DNA of 64,000 nucleotides from a virus, in the IMG/VR virus record IMGVR_UViG_3300021962_000040, positions 32,001 to 96,000 of that record; one strand, given 5' to 3'. Of this stretch, positions 48,301 through 57,700 are shown piece after piece. Positions within the stretch are counted from its first letter, which is position 1, and each line of letters begins with the position of its first letter. The position numbers and the translations under genes are program-made. The notes below the pieces were generated by a model. The model was not told the DNA's origin and searched no databases. It worked only from the letters and a program-made list of their open reading frames with translations.

Positions 48301-51300
48301 TGTAGCTGCAGAGTTTGCAAGAATCCAAAAAGAATCTAATCCTGAGACAGCTACTCAAGAATTGCATGTTGGTTACAATGCTCTTGCAATTCCTAATAGT
48401 GAAACAGGAACTGAAGAAATTATTCCTATCAATGTTGATAGCACTAATGTAAATAAAGCAAGGGCCTTTAATTTCCATAAGACTGGAGTATTGTTAAATC
48501 CTCTTGGTCAAAAGAAAGAAAGCCGTCAAGGTATTGTTACAATTCAAACATCTGACATTAAGTTAGAGAGAATTCAAAAAGGAGAACAAACAGCTGTAGT
48601 CTATGACCAAAAAGCTGCTGAACAATTCATTGGTTTCACATCTGTTGGTGTTGTCAGAGATGCAATCATCAAAACTAAAGATGGAGAAAAGAATGTACCA
48701 ATGAAGATTGTTGGTAGAGGTTTAGTTAGAGTAACTCCTGAAAACAGAGAAAGAATCTTTGAAGACCTTAAAGGTTCTATTTCCTTGATTAAAAATGATC
48801 AATTCAAATATGAGGTAAGACTTGGTACCAAGAAGTTCTATGTTGAATCTATTAATGAGCAACAGTTCTTACAGGGAAGAAAGCCTATGTATATGTATGA
48901 ACTAATTGATGCTGAGCTTGCGGACTTTGAAGAGCAAACAGCAGCATTGATTGGTGGCTTTGATCAACAAGGATATCTTGATAAATTAACAGAAGCTGCA
49001 CGTTCTCCAGAATATGCGGGTCTTACTTTCACAGAAGCTCTTACCAAACTTGGTATTAAAGAAGGTGAACTAAAAGCTTTCTTGGAAAACAGACTTAATC
49101 AAGAGTTCAATGAATTTAATATTGCATTGGATGAATTGATTGGCACTCAAGGTGGTTTAGGTACATTCTTATCTAATGGTATTCAAACTGGTAATGAAGC
49201 AGTAACTGCAGATACAATTAAAACCGGAAGACTTCTTAATATCTTACCTGAAGATAAAGACTATAACCTTAGACAGATCTTCTTTAATGATTATATTAAT
49301 ACAACAGCAATCAACCAAATCTTATTGGGTGATAGTGCCTATAGTTTAAAAGATGCTGTTGATGAGATTAAGAGAGCAAAAGCACAATCAGCATCTTACT
49401 ATAGTGCTGCAAGTTCAATTGCTGCTCCTGAGTATGGTATTTACAAACCATTACAAGAGTTCTCAATCTTTGAAATGACAGAACCTTCTGTTAATGCTAC
49501 GCATAATCAAGGTGAAATCAAGAATGCAGATGCTCAGTTATGGATGACTACAAAAGCATTCCGTAATTTCCAGTACGGTTTTGGTAAACTTAGTCCTGCT
49601 CAAGCACAATTGTTTGATAGAGTTGAAAGAGGAGAGGATATTACAGCTGAAGATATCTTTGGAACAGAGGAAGAATCTGGCTACGCTAAAAGACAAGAGA
49701 TGCTTAACTCTCAAAAACTTGTGTATGCAGATGGAAAGACTTTTGTTAAGATGTCAGCATTCCCTCTTTTACCACAGTTTACTTCTATCAAAGATGAGAA
49801 TGGAGAGTACACTATTCCTAAACCAAACAAGGTAGCTCTTCACAATTTAAGAGTTAAGCTTGAAGCATTTGAAAGAGAGAATGATACAGTTGCTGTAGCA
49901 GCTCCACGTTCTGCCTTGAAGATGATGCAGAAAAATGTATCTAACATTCATGGTGTTACAGGTACTGCCGCTCCTTTAACTAAACAACAATCAGTTACTC
50001 TTGATGCTAATTTCTTAGGATTACAAGTAATTAACCCTTCAAATAAAACAGTTATCACTGATCCTACTCAAGTTAAATCACTTGTGACATCAGAACAAAA
50101 TGATGCAACTGAAGTAGTAATCAATGGTGAAAAGTTAACTCTTGGTGAAGTAAGAGCTGCTTATCACAAAGCAACTAGAGATAGAGGTAACTTGAACTAT
50201 ATCAACAAAAGAAACTTGGTATTCTCTTTTGATATTGACTATGCAATGGATGAACTTCATAAGAGTGTTAAAGAGAATGCAATTACTGCAGATCTATATA
50301 CATACTTGAGATATGCTGAAGCTAGTCTTGCATCTAATGGTTCTTCAAGTCACTTGATGGAATTGTTCTCTCTTGATGAATCAGGAAATCAAAAGTATAA
50401 CTTGAATAATCCTCTTACTTATGATAAGTTCTTGAACTTGTTCATGAGCTATTTTAGTAAGAGTGTATTTAATGAAAAGGTTCCGGGTGCTACAATCTCT
50501 CTTGTTTCAGACTACGGTGTTAGAATTTACAGACGTGTTCTTTCAGTAGATGAAAATGGAATGCCTGATAAGCATGAGATTATTACTGAGGCTCAGTATG
50601 AAGCAATGGCTTCTAAGCCACAGATTTTATTTAATATTGACGAAGGAAGCTATCCAGGTAATGATGAAAACTTAACGGGTCTTAAAGATGCTGTTAAAAA
50701 ATCTAAAGGTGCCGGTGTTGTAATCATTGACCGTTTGAGACACAACATGAAAGAGTATAACTCAAAAGGAAAAGCAACTGGAGAAAAATATGGTGAGATG
50801 TTATTACCACCTCATCACAAAGAAGTAATGTCAGAACTTCAACAAAAAGGTAAGAGTATTCCTGATGTTGTTGGAAAGATGTTTGCTGTACGTATTCCTT
50901 CACAGGATAATCACTCAACCTATAACGTTAAGTGGGTTGACTTTATGCCTGCTGTTTATGGTTCATCTGGTGTATTTGCAAGAGAACTTATTGAGATATC
51001 AGGAGCTGACTTTGATATTGATAAGGTGTACACTCAATTCAAAGAGTTCTTTGAAAAGGGTGGAGAGTTCTTTGAATATGGTAAAGCCAAAACAGAAAAA
51101 GAACAATTTGAAGATTATGTACAATATGTAAATAAGAAAGTACAAGATACAGATTCTATTTACGGTGAAGCTTTATACAAGTTCAAAGGAAGAGGTACAA
51201 CTAATTCTTTGACTGCAGAACAAACACTTGGTGCAAGATCACAAGGATTTACAGAAGATGCAATCAATGCATTGTCAGTTCTTGGAATGCCACGTTTCTA

Positions 51301-54300
51301 TGCTGAGTACTCTACCTATAGAAAGAAGTTTGGTCATGAACCATATGCAGCTGCAATCAACAATGATATTCTTGATTACAAGTTTGCATTGATGGGTAAT
51401 GATAATGTTACAGAAAGAAAGCCTTTGTTCTTAGATAAGAATGGAAATACTACAACTGTAAATACAGGTAAGCCAGCTCTAGATGAGAATGGTAAACAAA
51501 AGACAGCTGTTCCAATTTCTTATGAAGCTGCAGATATGGAAGTATTAAAAGATCTTTGGGATGAACTAAAGACAGAACTTCCTGAATGGGCCGCATTATC
51601 TGAAGAAGAAGGTATTGATGTAGATAACCTTTATGGTAAGCTTAGAATGTTTGCTAATAACAAAGAAGGATCTAGATCAATTGGTGCTGTAGTATTACCT
51701 AACTTGTATTTGAACTTACTTCAAGAGTATGATGTCAAAATAGAAAGCATAAAAATTGCTGGTGAAGAAGTTATGCCTCAAATTAAATTTGGAGGTCTTA
51801 CATTCAGCAGCTTTAAAAATACATATGAGTTATATGAGAATGGAAGTCAAGGTCAAAGAACTCAATATATCTTATCTGCTTTAATTACTGCAGCAACGGA
51901 TAATGCCAAAGAAAGATTGTTGGCTAAGCTTGGTCTTAATATTAATGCCCTTTCTGTTGTAGCAAACTTAGTAGCTTTGGGTGTTCCAGTTAAGACTGGT
52001 GTACTTCTTATCAACCACCCTGTAATTAGGCAGGCTTACTTTGAAGAGACTAACTCACCTGAAGATGAGCCAGTTACAGCGGCAAATATAATCAGAGATA
52101 GAATTGCATTATTACAATCAAGTTTCTTAGAGACTGAGGAACGTGGTAAGAGAACTTCTGTTACTCAAAATGCTTTGATGCAATCTATTGAGGCTCCATT
52201 AATTAAACCTACAGCAACTGCTGAGGATATGGCTAACCTTAGAGAAAGCGGTGAAGTTGATAAGATAGATATCATTGAAGAAATTTCTATTCTAGAACAG
52301 TTCTTAAATGCTGCTAACTTATCTAACACTACAAGATACATGGGTGATCTATTAAATCTTACTAATGGATTAGGTCAAGGTCTTGAAGCAATTGATAAAA
52401 GAAATGCTGCAGTTGAAAAGCTGGGACTTAATCTTTCTAACAAAGACTACGCTGCATTAGGTGTTGATAAACCTATGATTGATGCTAGACCTATCTTTAA
52501 AGGTAATACATGGCAAGCAGGATATCTTGAAAGATTTGAAGAGTTCACCAATAACTTATTACCTAAAGTTGTTCTTTCAGCAAGCCCTCTATTCAGAAGA
52601 GTTACTGATGAGATTGTATATCAAAGTACAATCAACAGCTTACCTTATGAGTTAAGAGATAGAGCTAAAACTAAAGTGGCAAAAGACTTTTTATCTTACT
52701 TAACTATTAAAGCTTACATGCATAATGGTATGGTAAATAATTCTCAGTCAGTTGCTACCTTAACAAATGGATTAATTTATAATCAAGAAGGTGTTGAGAA
52801 TATCACTAAGGTTGTAGATAGATTACGTTCAATAGAAGACAATAAAAATAACTACTTCTTGAATTCCTTTATTATTGCTGAGAAAGCAAGTCTTAAAGGT
52901 AACAAGACAGGTTTGAACTTGGCTAGTGCAAATACATTCCTGAGATACAATGATTCTCAAAAGCTTGATATCCAAAATGGATTCATGACTTTATTTGCTA
53001 ATCCATTGACTAGAGAAGATGCAAGAACATTGGTTAACTATATGATGGTTAAAGATGGTCTTCAGTATGGTTATAAATCACTAGTAGAAGCGGTTGCTCC
53101 AATTGCTCTTGACAATTACTTATCACATATTGATACAGTACAAGCTGCAATGGAAAGAACTGATGACGCAATATTTAAATCTACCTTTGGTGTTACCTTA
53201 GATGATTTGGTAATTCAATTCATGCAAGGCTATTTAACATCAGCTGCAAATGCTTATGTTATCAAAAGAGTTAAGGCTGCAATATATGCACCTGAAACTA
53301 AAGGTATCTTGGTTGAACCAAAAGTATACACAAAGAATCTTGCTGCTGCAAATCCAGAAGCTATCTATGTATTTGGTGATAACGTTGCAAAGCAAGGTAG
53401 TGTAGGAAATAGTTCTGTTAGAGGTTTAGAAAATGCCTTTGGTTTATTCTTTAAGAAAGATCTAAATAGAACTGAGTCTTCTTACTATACAAATGCTGAA
53501 GCTGGTGACTTCATCACAATATTTGATGAGCAAGTAGAGCAATTAACAAATATGATTGCTGAAGGAAAACAAGTTATTTTCCCTAAAGACTTCATTACAA
53601 CTCCTGAACTTGCAGACTTTAAAAAGAATAGCCCGGCTGTATTTGAATATGTAAAGGCTAAGCTTAAGCAAGATCTTAACTATAACATTGATCCTAAAGC
53701 AAAACTTACTGCAGAAGAGAAGAAAGAAAAAAGAGTTGCAGATCCTGCAATACTTAGAGCTCCTGTACATGTTAATGCTTCAGGCTTGGTACCTAGATTG
53801 GTTGTAGACTTGTATGCTGGAATCACTAAAGTAGAGAGAAATGAAGCTGTATCAGCAATTAGAAATACTCCAGCTGGTTCAAAGCTTACTAAACAATTGG
53901 CAGATACATTCTCAAGAAATAAGAAGGCTTTAAGAAAAGCAGGTTTTAGAAATCTTATCAACTTGAAAAAAGGTTCTGACTATCATACTGAAGTTGAATT
54001 TCCAATGGTAATCAGACAGAATGTTGGATCAGACTATAAAGCTGAATACAAATACTACATCCTTACTAAAACTCAAAGCTTGTTCCCTAAAGCTAATCTG
54101 ATTAACTTTAATAACAAAGCTGTTGGTAGTTATGCTGAATATGTAGAGGTAGATATCAAAGGATCAACTTCACAGAATCCAATTGGATTTATGTTTGGTG
54201 AAAGACCTACAACTAAAGAATTAAGAAACTTTGTTAATAGTGTTAACTCAAATGATCCTTTTGATGCAAACTTTGATTCAATTGATCTTGATGCTGCACT

Positions 54301-54775
54301 GGATGCAATTGATTTGGCACCTGGTATTGCTCTTTCTGCAAATGCTGTGGTAGTTGCAAATGAAAAAGGTATCCAAGTTGATGGTGAGAATATCAGCAAA
54401 CTTGATCCGGCATCACAAGAGGTTGAGGCTAAGGATCTTGTAGAACCTGAAGTGGAGCCAACAGGTAATGAGGATCTATTTGATGAAGGTAAATCAATTG
54501 ATATCTCTGCTAACTCATTCTTCTCAACACTTCTTGCTGACAATGATGCTGCGGAGAATAAATATCCAGAGTTAACAACTTGGTGGGATACTAATGTTGA
54601 TGATCCATTTAGTCAACAAGCATTAGATAATAGAAACAAACTTAAAGCTCACAGAGATAATGCTGATATGAAGTTCAAAGTTACAGACTTAGATGACTTT
54701 ATCCAGATGTTTGAAGATAGTGAGTTCACAAATGAACAAGAATTTTTAGATCACTTTAATAATTGTTATCTTTGA
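39305..54775 (+). CDS. Giant virion-packaged two-barrel RNA polymerase polyprotein with zincin protease domain
   Basis: 5156 aa; GADFDIDK (51002-51025) is the DFDID catalytic motif of crAss-like virion RNAPs; RIPSQ (50891); HEAFH (45836-45850) with downstream EEYMAD. Confidence 0.9.
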   Translation: MADNITQQLEQNGALPSAEPMIPSSGRFDYQPVADLLLPPNTPEFTELMTPEYKAMLERHASQINSFAPAAIGNLNDPNPTLATDTLNPFRQKVGLDLSTPEGKMQLFRNAGMSAKPTGEVKIADPLYAGIRSHNFDRYYKHAEFSNLGWHPYANNEETYNANSSWWDDAGRMMGQFTGLAGTGFVSAYRSIGDLFDDDDYFTGTDLTSASEFADAMRIGNSTRGGFGGGLNNLLLQSGYTMGVIGSIAVEELALWGAAAAQGGLNPVSDAAAVSRTGWNIARLGKTIANTFDLSRLTNATRNMYRGLRSVDSAKDVYTGFKAGGRFLADVIAPETAQAIRSLTSTANGAQNLSNMAKVAKTFGGFYRDLRSLNLALAESKMEGGMVYQQQLANGYALKTQMNNGQPLDEAQMNDVVEKASRAAYYTTLLNAPTIYLSNQLVLGNAFGAYNRTLSRVLQDNVEGLGRRVIKTQGTRVAGKMATRPFADAGTGVVGYLNRMKAAGVTGSAKMAAQASLRYFSANLSEGLQEVAQEAIAVGTKGYHQALLEDPASGGRDLLMGTISSAVGSQFSAQGFETFMSGFMMGGIVQGPQKLFFQGVPTLYQKTFEKTKYEEYRKNKQEFIDGLVKSMNDTYEVTANNPMESIFDTNKTNLVTQKQASVDMMQAAFDQSNFDFVDAKDFSKFQAIYTVLANDKGGEFKSQFEDYLKMTDQELAEAFPTAKSEVKSGKLRQRMQDMISKIDELEESYYVNKSKFNNPFDASIYKFGSREWNEEKIKQMSFEHARYLYMFTEDGFKRAVERSQKIYDELAADPIVGKMAASDITVLLDENSLQKEIATLLAEIGTLDAKENKDLIDSKTAKLEGLNGILSVLYAEENITKDGAFDRRKVGKLRGAFEKYVQKLAKSNDSFSDPDKVSEALKKIVDYRELKGRAIAYNKSIEYMNNPERFDEIRKRSYDFMKNIYKNRAEVFRKSVKSYVGKIEINQFLNELAKLEVYPDPKEVAEFMSNGDVEVLKTFFTENGVVNQVSDEDIYNEIQALINIYKSAVTPQATEQTAEEKIDSKEKQTRKKDTADILSEADLAEDTPEVEIFGTKENDNPVIKEVLEEKYKEYVNRQANLGQVPVQMDTWVNSAEAAKYITSYEALKKLWYKELQKTGEKAEAITGKFNSDTGFKDWLQKQQTNDLVRKVLKSTETNFSDFVEIEQDFEAGDVEDADIGDVKAVGKVIDNTFNSVQIVETKTSIVDPETGMPVPVTLYSVRDKKGKLLTEDKTSAAGVSAGATFDNINKARSAAKKLDDVSVDTTSFPFGGMQVSYGATVTDKEGNRYMVIGTPAEVEKGKKLFLLPVDEIKPGQSKQDRNKLSKKVTEVEFKNDFTVDSFNFSRVPKDASRLLINEAIEVYPLENGMGTAATEGILMANARLQTILENLSPEEKATLTLVIKRNPNGGKSTGKKYQTRDEEGNFKEANPYINRVSEPFAVGIAFGNQVTASRINQIISEKGMVPSSHPDGIFAFVRTGSIQFLNDKNQVVNPLNLTKEIIENTFTIYPSQQANAVNTVVNNFAIQQAFVDQVADKMEGQDSAIIPMTEFSEFGFNLGSSVDLKSNPKSVKELKYNTVDGVRVLLINDRLKDGTISTRILADIEDIDEREAFVEKLKGDLAISQPGLFESLQKSQRYVAIIKTPNGIYTGAPLKSERLDQNAISELGKELVAEGIRTINANLEGDGSIETKTIKDKNFNVEFNKAFNKKLYITTNIEGYTVEINVNSDGTFRAELYDKKGKALIGSSYLAEGRQGTLDYEGQENPDIIERLLDNLQKKGIEAKIKDIEAQKKKGAKVEIPEWTKLKLSVNNVRASFEEDATIDTILDSTVTSLNENVRTNYKLRLNADANVIAEAMLFASTSTANTFENFVNTGVVPEDVLYDIANKIKNNQTLTTEEQAIFTGKTSRINQILVELKNETAEEAYDSVLDMSDEVFEEYAKADFKELPLEMKQQVANKIARGEKLSTREERMVKNAVSGPTIQLLAGKAQRDNKVDATAQSLKTELQQNKARIKEIEAEIDNAEPNMVKANELIEDNEERAKLIARNREIERKLLANKIISEELTDTEVAGIDEFVLWANDNLPDFISIEDINNLRDNLVTNGVRVGAFVLSMNNIAGGMKVKGTLYTGAKSPYKFHEAFHGVFRSLLTNAQQDKLYKIAEAEVKRKLGNKFEEELEKFRNSADSYKAMSRKALEKEFYEEYMADEFEKFKKDPRSTKTDSAIKNFFNRIIEWIKSLFNRYSPNELQDLFRNIDSGKFKSASPINNRFTDSLATGVTLNANKIIPVELVEGEGGQFGYRTLDNDFARSIVSSISARVIMLEQENKNAKFNLKQAVNQSFALFKSLYSTKREAYNYMSLTADQKGNLREIEKAFTDFSDFIKDAVYDELKYYEIKSRNIEEDNDAMDDEVGDRLRTTDQYDKDLTSIGGFSALSSFLRKYIGTTPITEKDEFGNDYLIEPQRDEKGEIVPGTGEKLMITVDFATAYNGFLKAVKNLNDPIQILQQLYFFGINNPQTEAVVNKLFADLGIQWEGQLENGELPQYTSEVIEKFKAGEIITAEELNQGVKRPLLLQAVLKGFENARVDYLFIHRSSGDKVYTYTAANRDDAHTQVDRWGQAYIQKAKTLRTNEGVRTVVVNTLDKLLNRLQFVAGEGTTSQKALKTLTDTKLKEFAEQTARILEENVGISISPKFIEFSVAKNIEKPTRYQKALLNANSDERPLSYQDVVELKKIIEANQDLYSDSEEGAKNRLRRIALGNAAFDENVGSSVFKNPNGDLVYAHQLPSFHLKQIQSLNDVAGEGAKIDEVRNSDEYLLNNFLLNSEAFKQLSAEGRLRILRIAGSKVGNIDLDENGLMSETSGASPSSGKTYGDSTPREFIINLINAYTYAIDPLTGKVASVSWTKEDGTIELAAIAPVLLRVLEASNTGDMIALPVVKAVMKNNAGKTVLTETAINSIVNNVAAEFARIQKESNPETATQELHVGYNALAIPNSETGTEEIIPINVDSTNVNKARAFNFHKTGVLLNPLGQKKESRQGIVTIQTSDIKLERIQKGEQTAVVYDQKAAEQFIGFTSVGVVRDAIIKTKDGEKNVPMKIVGRGLVRVTPENRERIFEDLKGSISLIKNDQFKYEVRLGTKKFYVESINEQQFLQGRKPMYMYELIDAELADFEEQTAALIGGFDQQGYLDKLTEAARSPEYAGLTFTEALTKLGIKEGELKAFLENRLNQEFNEFNIALDELIGTQGGLGTFLSNGIQTGNEAVTADTIKTGRLLNILPEDKDYNLRQIFFNDYINTTAINQILLGDSAYSLKDAVDEIKRAKAQSASYYSAASSIAAPEYGIYKPLQEFSIFEMTEPSVNATHNQGEIKNADAQLWMTTKAFRNFQYGFGKLSPAQAQLFDRVERGEDITAEDIFGTEEESGYAKRQEMLNSQKLVYADGKTFVKMSAFPLLPQFTSIKDENGEYTIPKPNKVALHNLRVKLEAFERENDTVAVAAPRSALKMMQKNVSNIHGVTGTAAPLTKQQSVTLDANFLGLQVINPSNKTVITDPTQVKSLVTSEQNDATEVVINGEKLTLGEVRAAYHKATRDRGNLNYINKRNLVFSFDIDYAMDELHKSVKENAITADLYTYLRYAEASLASNGSSSHLMELFSLDESGNQKYNLNNPLTYDKFLNLFMSYFSKSVFNEKVPGATISLVSDYGVRIYRRVLSVDENGMPDKHEIITEAQYEAMASKPQILFNIDEGSYPGNDENLTGLKDAVKKSKGAGVVIIDRLRHNMKEYNSKGKATGEKYGEMLLPPHHKEVMSELQQKGKSIPDVVGKMFAVRIPSQDNHSTYNVKWVDFMPAVYGSSGVFARELIEISGADFDIDKVYTQFKEFFEKGGEFFEYGKAKTEKEQFEDYVQYVNKKVQDTDSIYGEALYKFKGRGTTNSLTAEQTLGARSQGFTEDAINALSVLGMPRFYAEYSTYRKKFGHEPYAAAINNDILDYKFALMGNDNVTERKPLFLDKNGNTTTVNTGKPALDENGKQKTAVPISYEAADMEVLKDLWDELKTELPEWAALSEEEGIDVDNLYGKLRMFANNKEGSRSIGAVVLPNLYLNLLQEYDVKIESIKIAGEEVMPQIKFGGLTFSSFKNTYELYENGSQGQRTQYILSALITAATDNAKERLLAKLGLNINALSVVANLVALGVPVKTGVLLINHPVIRQAYFEETNSPEDEPVTAANIIRDRIALLQSSFLETEERGKRTSVTQNALMQSIEAPLIKPTATAEDMANLRESGEVDKIDIIEEISILEQFLNAANLSNTTRYMGDLLNLTNGLGQGLEAIDKRNAAVEKLGLNLSNKDYAALGVDKPMIDARPIFKGNTWQAGYLERFEEFTNNLLPKVVLSASPLFRRVTDEIVYQSTINSLPYELRDRAKTKVAKDFLSYLTIKAYMHNGMVNNSQSVATLTNGLIYNQEGVENITKVVDRLRSIEDNKNNYFLNSFIIAEKASLKGNKTGLNLASANTFLRYNDSQKLDIQNGFMTLFANPLTREDARTLVNYMMVKDGLQYGYKSLVEAVAPIALDNYLSHIDTVQAAMERTDDAIFKSTFGVTLDDLVIQFMQGYLTSAANAYVIKRVKAAIYAPETKGILVEPKVYTKNLAAANPEAIYVFGDNVAKQGSVGNSSVRGLENAFGLFFKKDLNRTESSYYTNAEAGDFITIFDEQVEQLTNMIAEGKQVIFPKDFITTPELADFKKNSPAVFEYVKAKLKQDLNYNIDPKAKLTAEEKKEKRVADPAILRAPVHVNASGLVPRLVVDLYAGITKVERNEAVSAIRNTPAGSKLTKQLADTFSRNKKALRKAGFRNLINLKKGSDYHTEVEFPMVIRQNVGSDYKAEYKYYILTKTQSLFPKANLINFNNKAVGSYAEYVEVDIKGSTSQNPIGFMFGERPTTKELRNFVNSVNSNDPFDANFDSIDLDAALDAIDLAPGIALSANAVVVANEKGIQVDGENISKLDPASQEVEAKDLVEPEVEPTGNEDLFDEGKSIDISANSFFSTLLADNDAAENKYPELTTWWDTNVDDPFSQQALDNRNKLKAHRDNADMKFKVTDLDDFIQMFEDSEFTNEQEFLDHFNNCYL

Positions 54776-54778
54776 TAT

Positions 54779-57700
54779 ATGGCATGTTTTAACAGAAATA
54801 CCCAAGAATATAAAGACCTATTAGGTGCTTTCACTAGCAACATGCAGGTTGATGGGATAATTACAGCTTGGCAAAACGTAAATAATACAGAAGCTTTTCC
54901 TTCAGTTGCTCAAGCTAACCAGTTTTTAAAAGATAAAAAAGTTGCTTTTAGTCTGCAGCAAAGAAATTTTGCTGAAGCAGTTTTAGGTAATCTTAGTAGA
55001 AAGGGTTTGATTAGCAAGTATAATAACTCATACTATGTTAATAACTCAAATAGATCTACCAGAGCCTATGACGCTACAGTATTGAAGAGTAACTTAGATA
55101 AAGTAAAAAGATATCTTGATATTAATAACATTCCTTTAGATGCGGTAACGTTTGATACAACTGCAAAGTCTGTTAGAATATCAGTTAATGAGAGCATCTT
55201 TACTCCTAAAGATATGCTTGAATCAACAAGAGGTTGGGATAGAACTAGAAGTAGACACGTTGTTGTCCACTTAATGAGAATGTTTCCTAATATCAAAGTT
55301 GCTTTAGTAAGTGTAAGTAAAGCTCAAAAATATTATGATAGTCTACCTGCTTCTCAAAAAGCAACTATGCCTTTTGAAAATGTAAGATCTTACTTTGATC
55401 CAGTAGCAAACCAAGTAGTTTTAATTGAGGGTAGAGTTACAGATGAAACTGCAATTGAGGAAATGCTCCATCCTTTTACGGATGCTTTGTATGTAGATAA
55501 TGGAGCTCTATTCAATTCTCTTTTGAATGAAGCAAAAGCAATGTTCCCTGTTTTAAATCAACAGATAGAAGATGCATACTCTGATAAAAGAGGGTTTAAT
55601 CAAAAGCATAGAGACCTTGAACTTGTTACCCAGGCTTTGACAAGACACTTTAAAAAAGAGTATGAGGAAAATCCAACCAAGACTTTCTTAGAAAGAATCA
55701 AAGACTTCTTTAAATGGTTTGCAAGTATTGTAAACAACTTGCATAAGTATGTTACAGGAATTAATTTGAATGGTTTCAAAAGAGACAGCTCCTATTATAT
55801 GGGAGATACTGCTCTTATGGAACAGGAAGAAGGTGTTGAGGAAGAAGAGATTATTGCTCCTATAAGAGAAGGTATTATTACAATTGATACCAAAGATATT
55901 AAACCAACAACCACATTGTCTGACATTGCCAGATTATTAAATACATCTGGAATTCAGTTTAATGCAACAGCAAGAGCTGATGCAAAAATTAGATACTCTC
56001 TAACACCTGAGTTACAAACAACAGTTGATTATGCATTAAGACAATCTAATGCAATTCAAGCTGAGGTAGTTAAAAGATTATTCCATCAAGCTCAAGCTAC
56101 AAAAGAAGAAGTTGGTTCTATGGCTGCCGGTATGGAAGGTCCTATTGTTGTACTCAATGAGGAGAACCATGTGTACTATAACTTATTAGACACAACAGAA
56201 ACATTTAAGTCTACTACAGAAAGAATCAAAGGAAAACTTTCTGAAGAAGATATGTTTAATAAGAAACTGAACATTGATCTTGGTAATGACTTTGATAAAT
56301 TACTTCAAGGTTTGAGTTCAGATAAATCACTGGATGAAGTATTTTCTCAAATGAATATTCTCAATAGAGAACAAGCTGAGAAAGCTTATCTTCAGTTACA
56401 AGAAAATCTTAGAGAAATAACTAGAGGTGGTGGTGTTGCCATTCCTCAAGTAGTTGTTTATGATCAAAAGTCACAGACTGCCGGTTCAATTGATATTTTA
56501 GTTGTACTGCCTGATGGCAAACTTAGAATTGTGGATCTTAAGACAAGTAAGAACTCTGTTAGAGATATGGTCTTGAGTGAACAAGCTAAAGCTAAAGCTG
56601 GGTTACAAGGCAAGTCTAGATATGATCAAGAATACAAACTAGGAGATGACAGTGATTTAAAAAGAGCTGGTATTGAAAGTCTATCTACAAGAGCCCAACA
56701 AGGTATTCAAGTTAACATCTATAGAAGGATGCTTGAAAACATGGGTTATGAAGTTGATATGAGTGACATGGGAGCTTCTACTTTCCATGTTCAAGTTGGT
56801 ATTAAAGGAAAAGATGCTCAGCAAGAATTTACAGGTGAATTTAGATCTGATGAGTGGGTTTCACATCCTGCAAGTCAGAATGCATTGTATGTAGATTTAT
56901 TAGTACCTAAGAATGTAGATGCTATTTCTTTAGAGGATCTAGAGAAAAGTATTGATAGTGCATTGGATAATCCTGTCAATTGGGATTCTGAATTAACAGA
57001 CTCTGAAAAGATACCTGAAGATACTGAGTTCACAGATCCATATGTAGAGTATGAAGTAATTACCCAGGCCCTGGAGAATTACAGAATGGCACTTACTACC
57101 AAGCTAAAAGCTATGGAGCAAATTAAAAGTGCTATCTACATGGATAGAACTAGAGAGCAGACTGAAGAGAATATCTTAAATGCTTTGTCTGCAATCAGTA
57201 TGGCAATGGCTGAAGGTCCTAAAGCAAGAGCTGCTTTATTTACAGAACTTCTTAGAGATGCCTTTAAACAGATTAAGAACTTTACAGACTACGTAAATAA
57301 TGTAGACAACTTTGATAAGCCTGAGTATATTACTTATGTTCTTAACTTCAATAGATTCATTAAAACATTTGAAGGATTATACTCAGTAAAAGATCTAGAG
57401 GGTATCAATGCTACTCAAAAATCTTTAATCTTACAGTTACAGACTCAATTGAATAACTTGGGTGTTAGTAACTCAAAACAAGAAGGTCTTATCAATGAGG
57501 CTATTACAAATTATGTAAAAGCACAAATTAAAAACTGGTCTACCAGAGATGACCTTACGGAAGATGTACTCAATGACTTGATGAAACATGCAAGAGATAT
57601 TGACTACATGGAACTTGGTACAGGTGATCTTGCTACTTCTAGAGATACCATTCTTGCTGTTATGGATAAGATCTATAAAACTAAAAAGCAAGAGTTGTTA

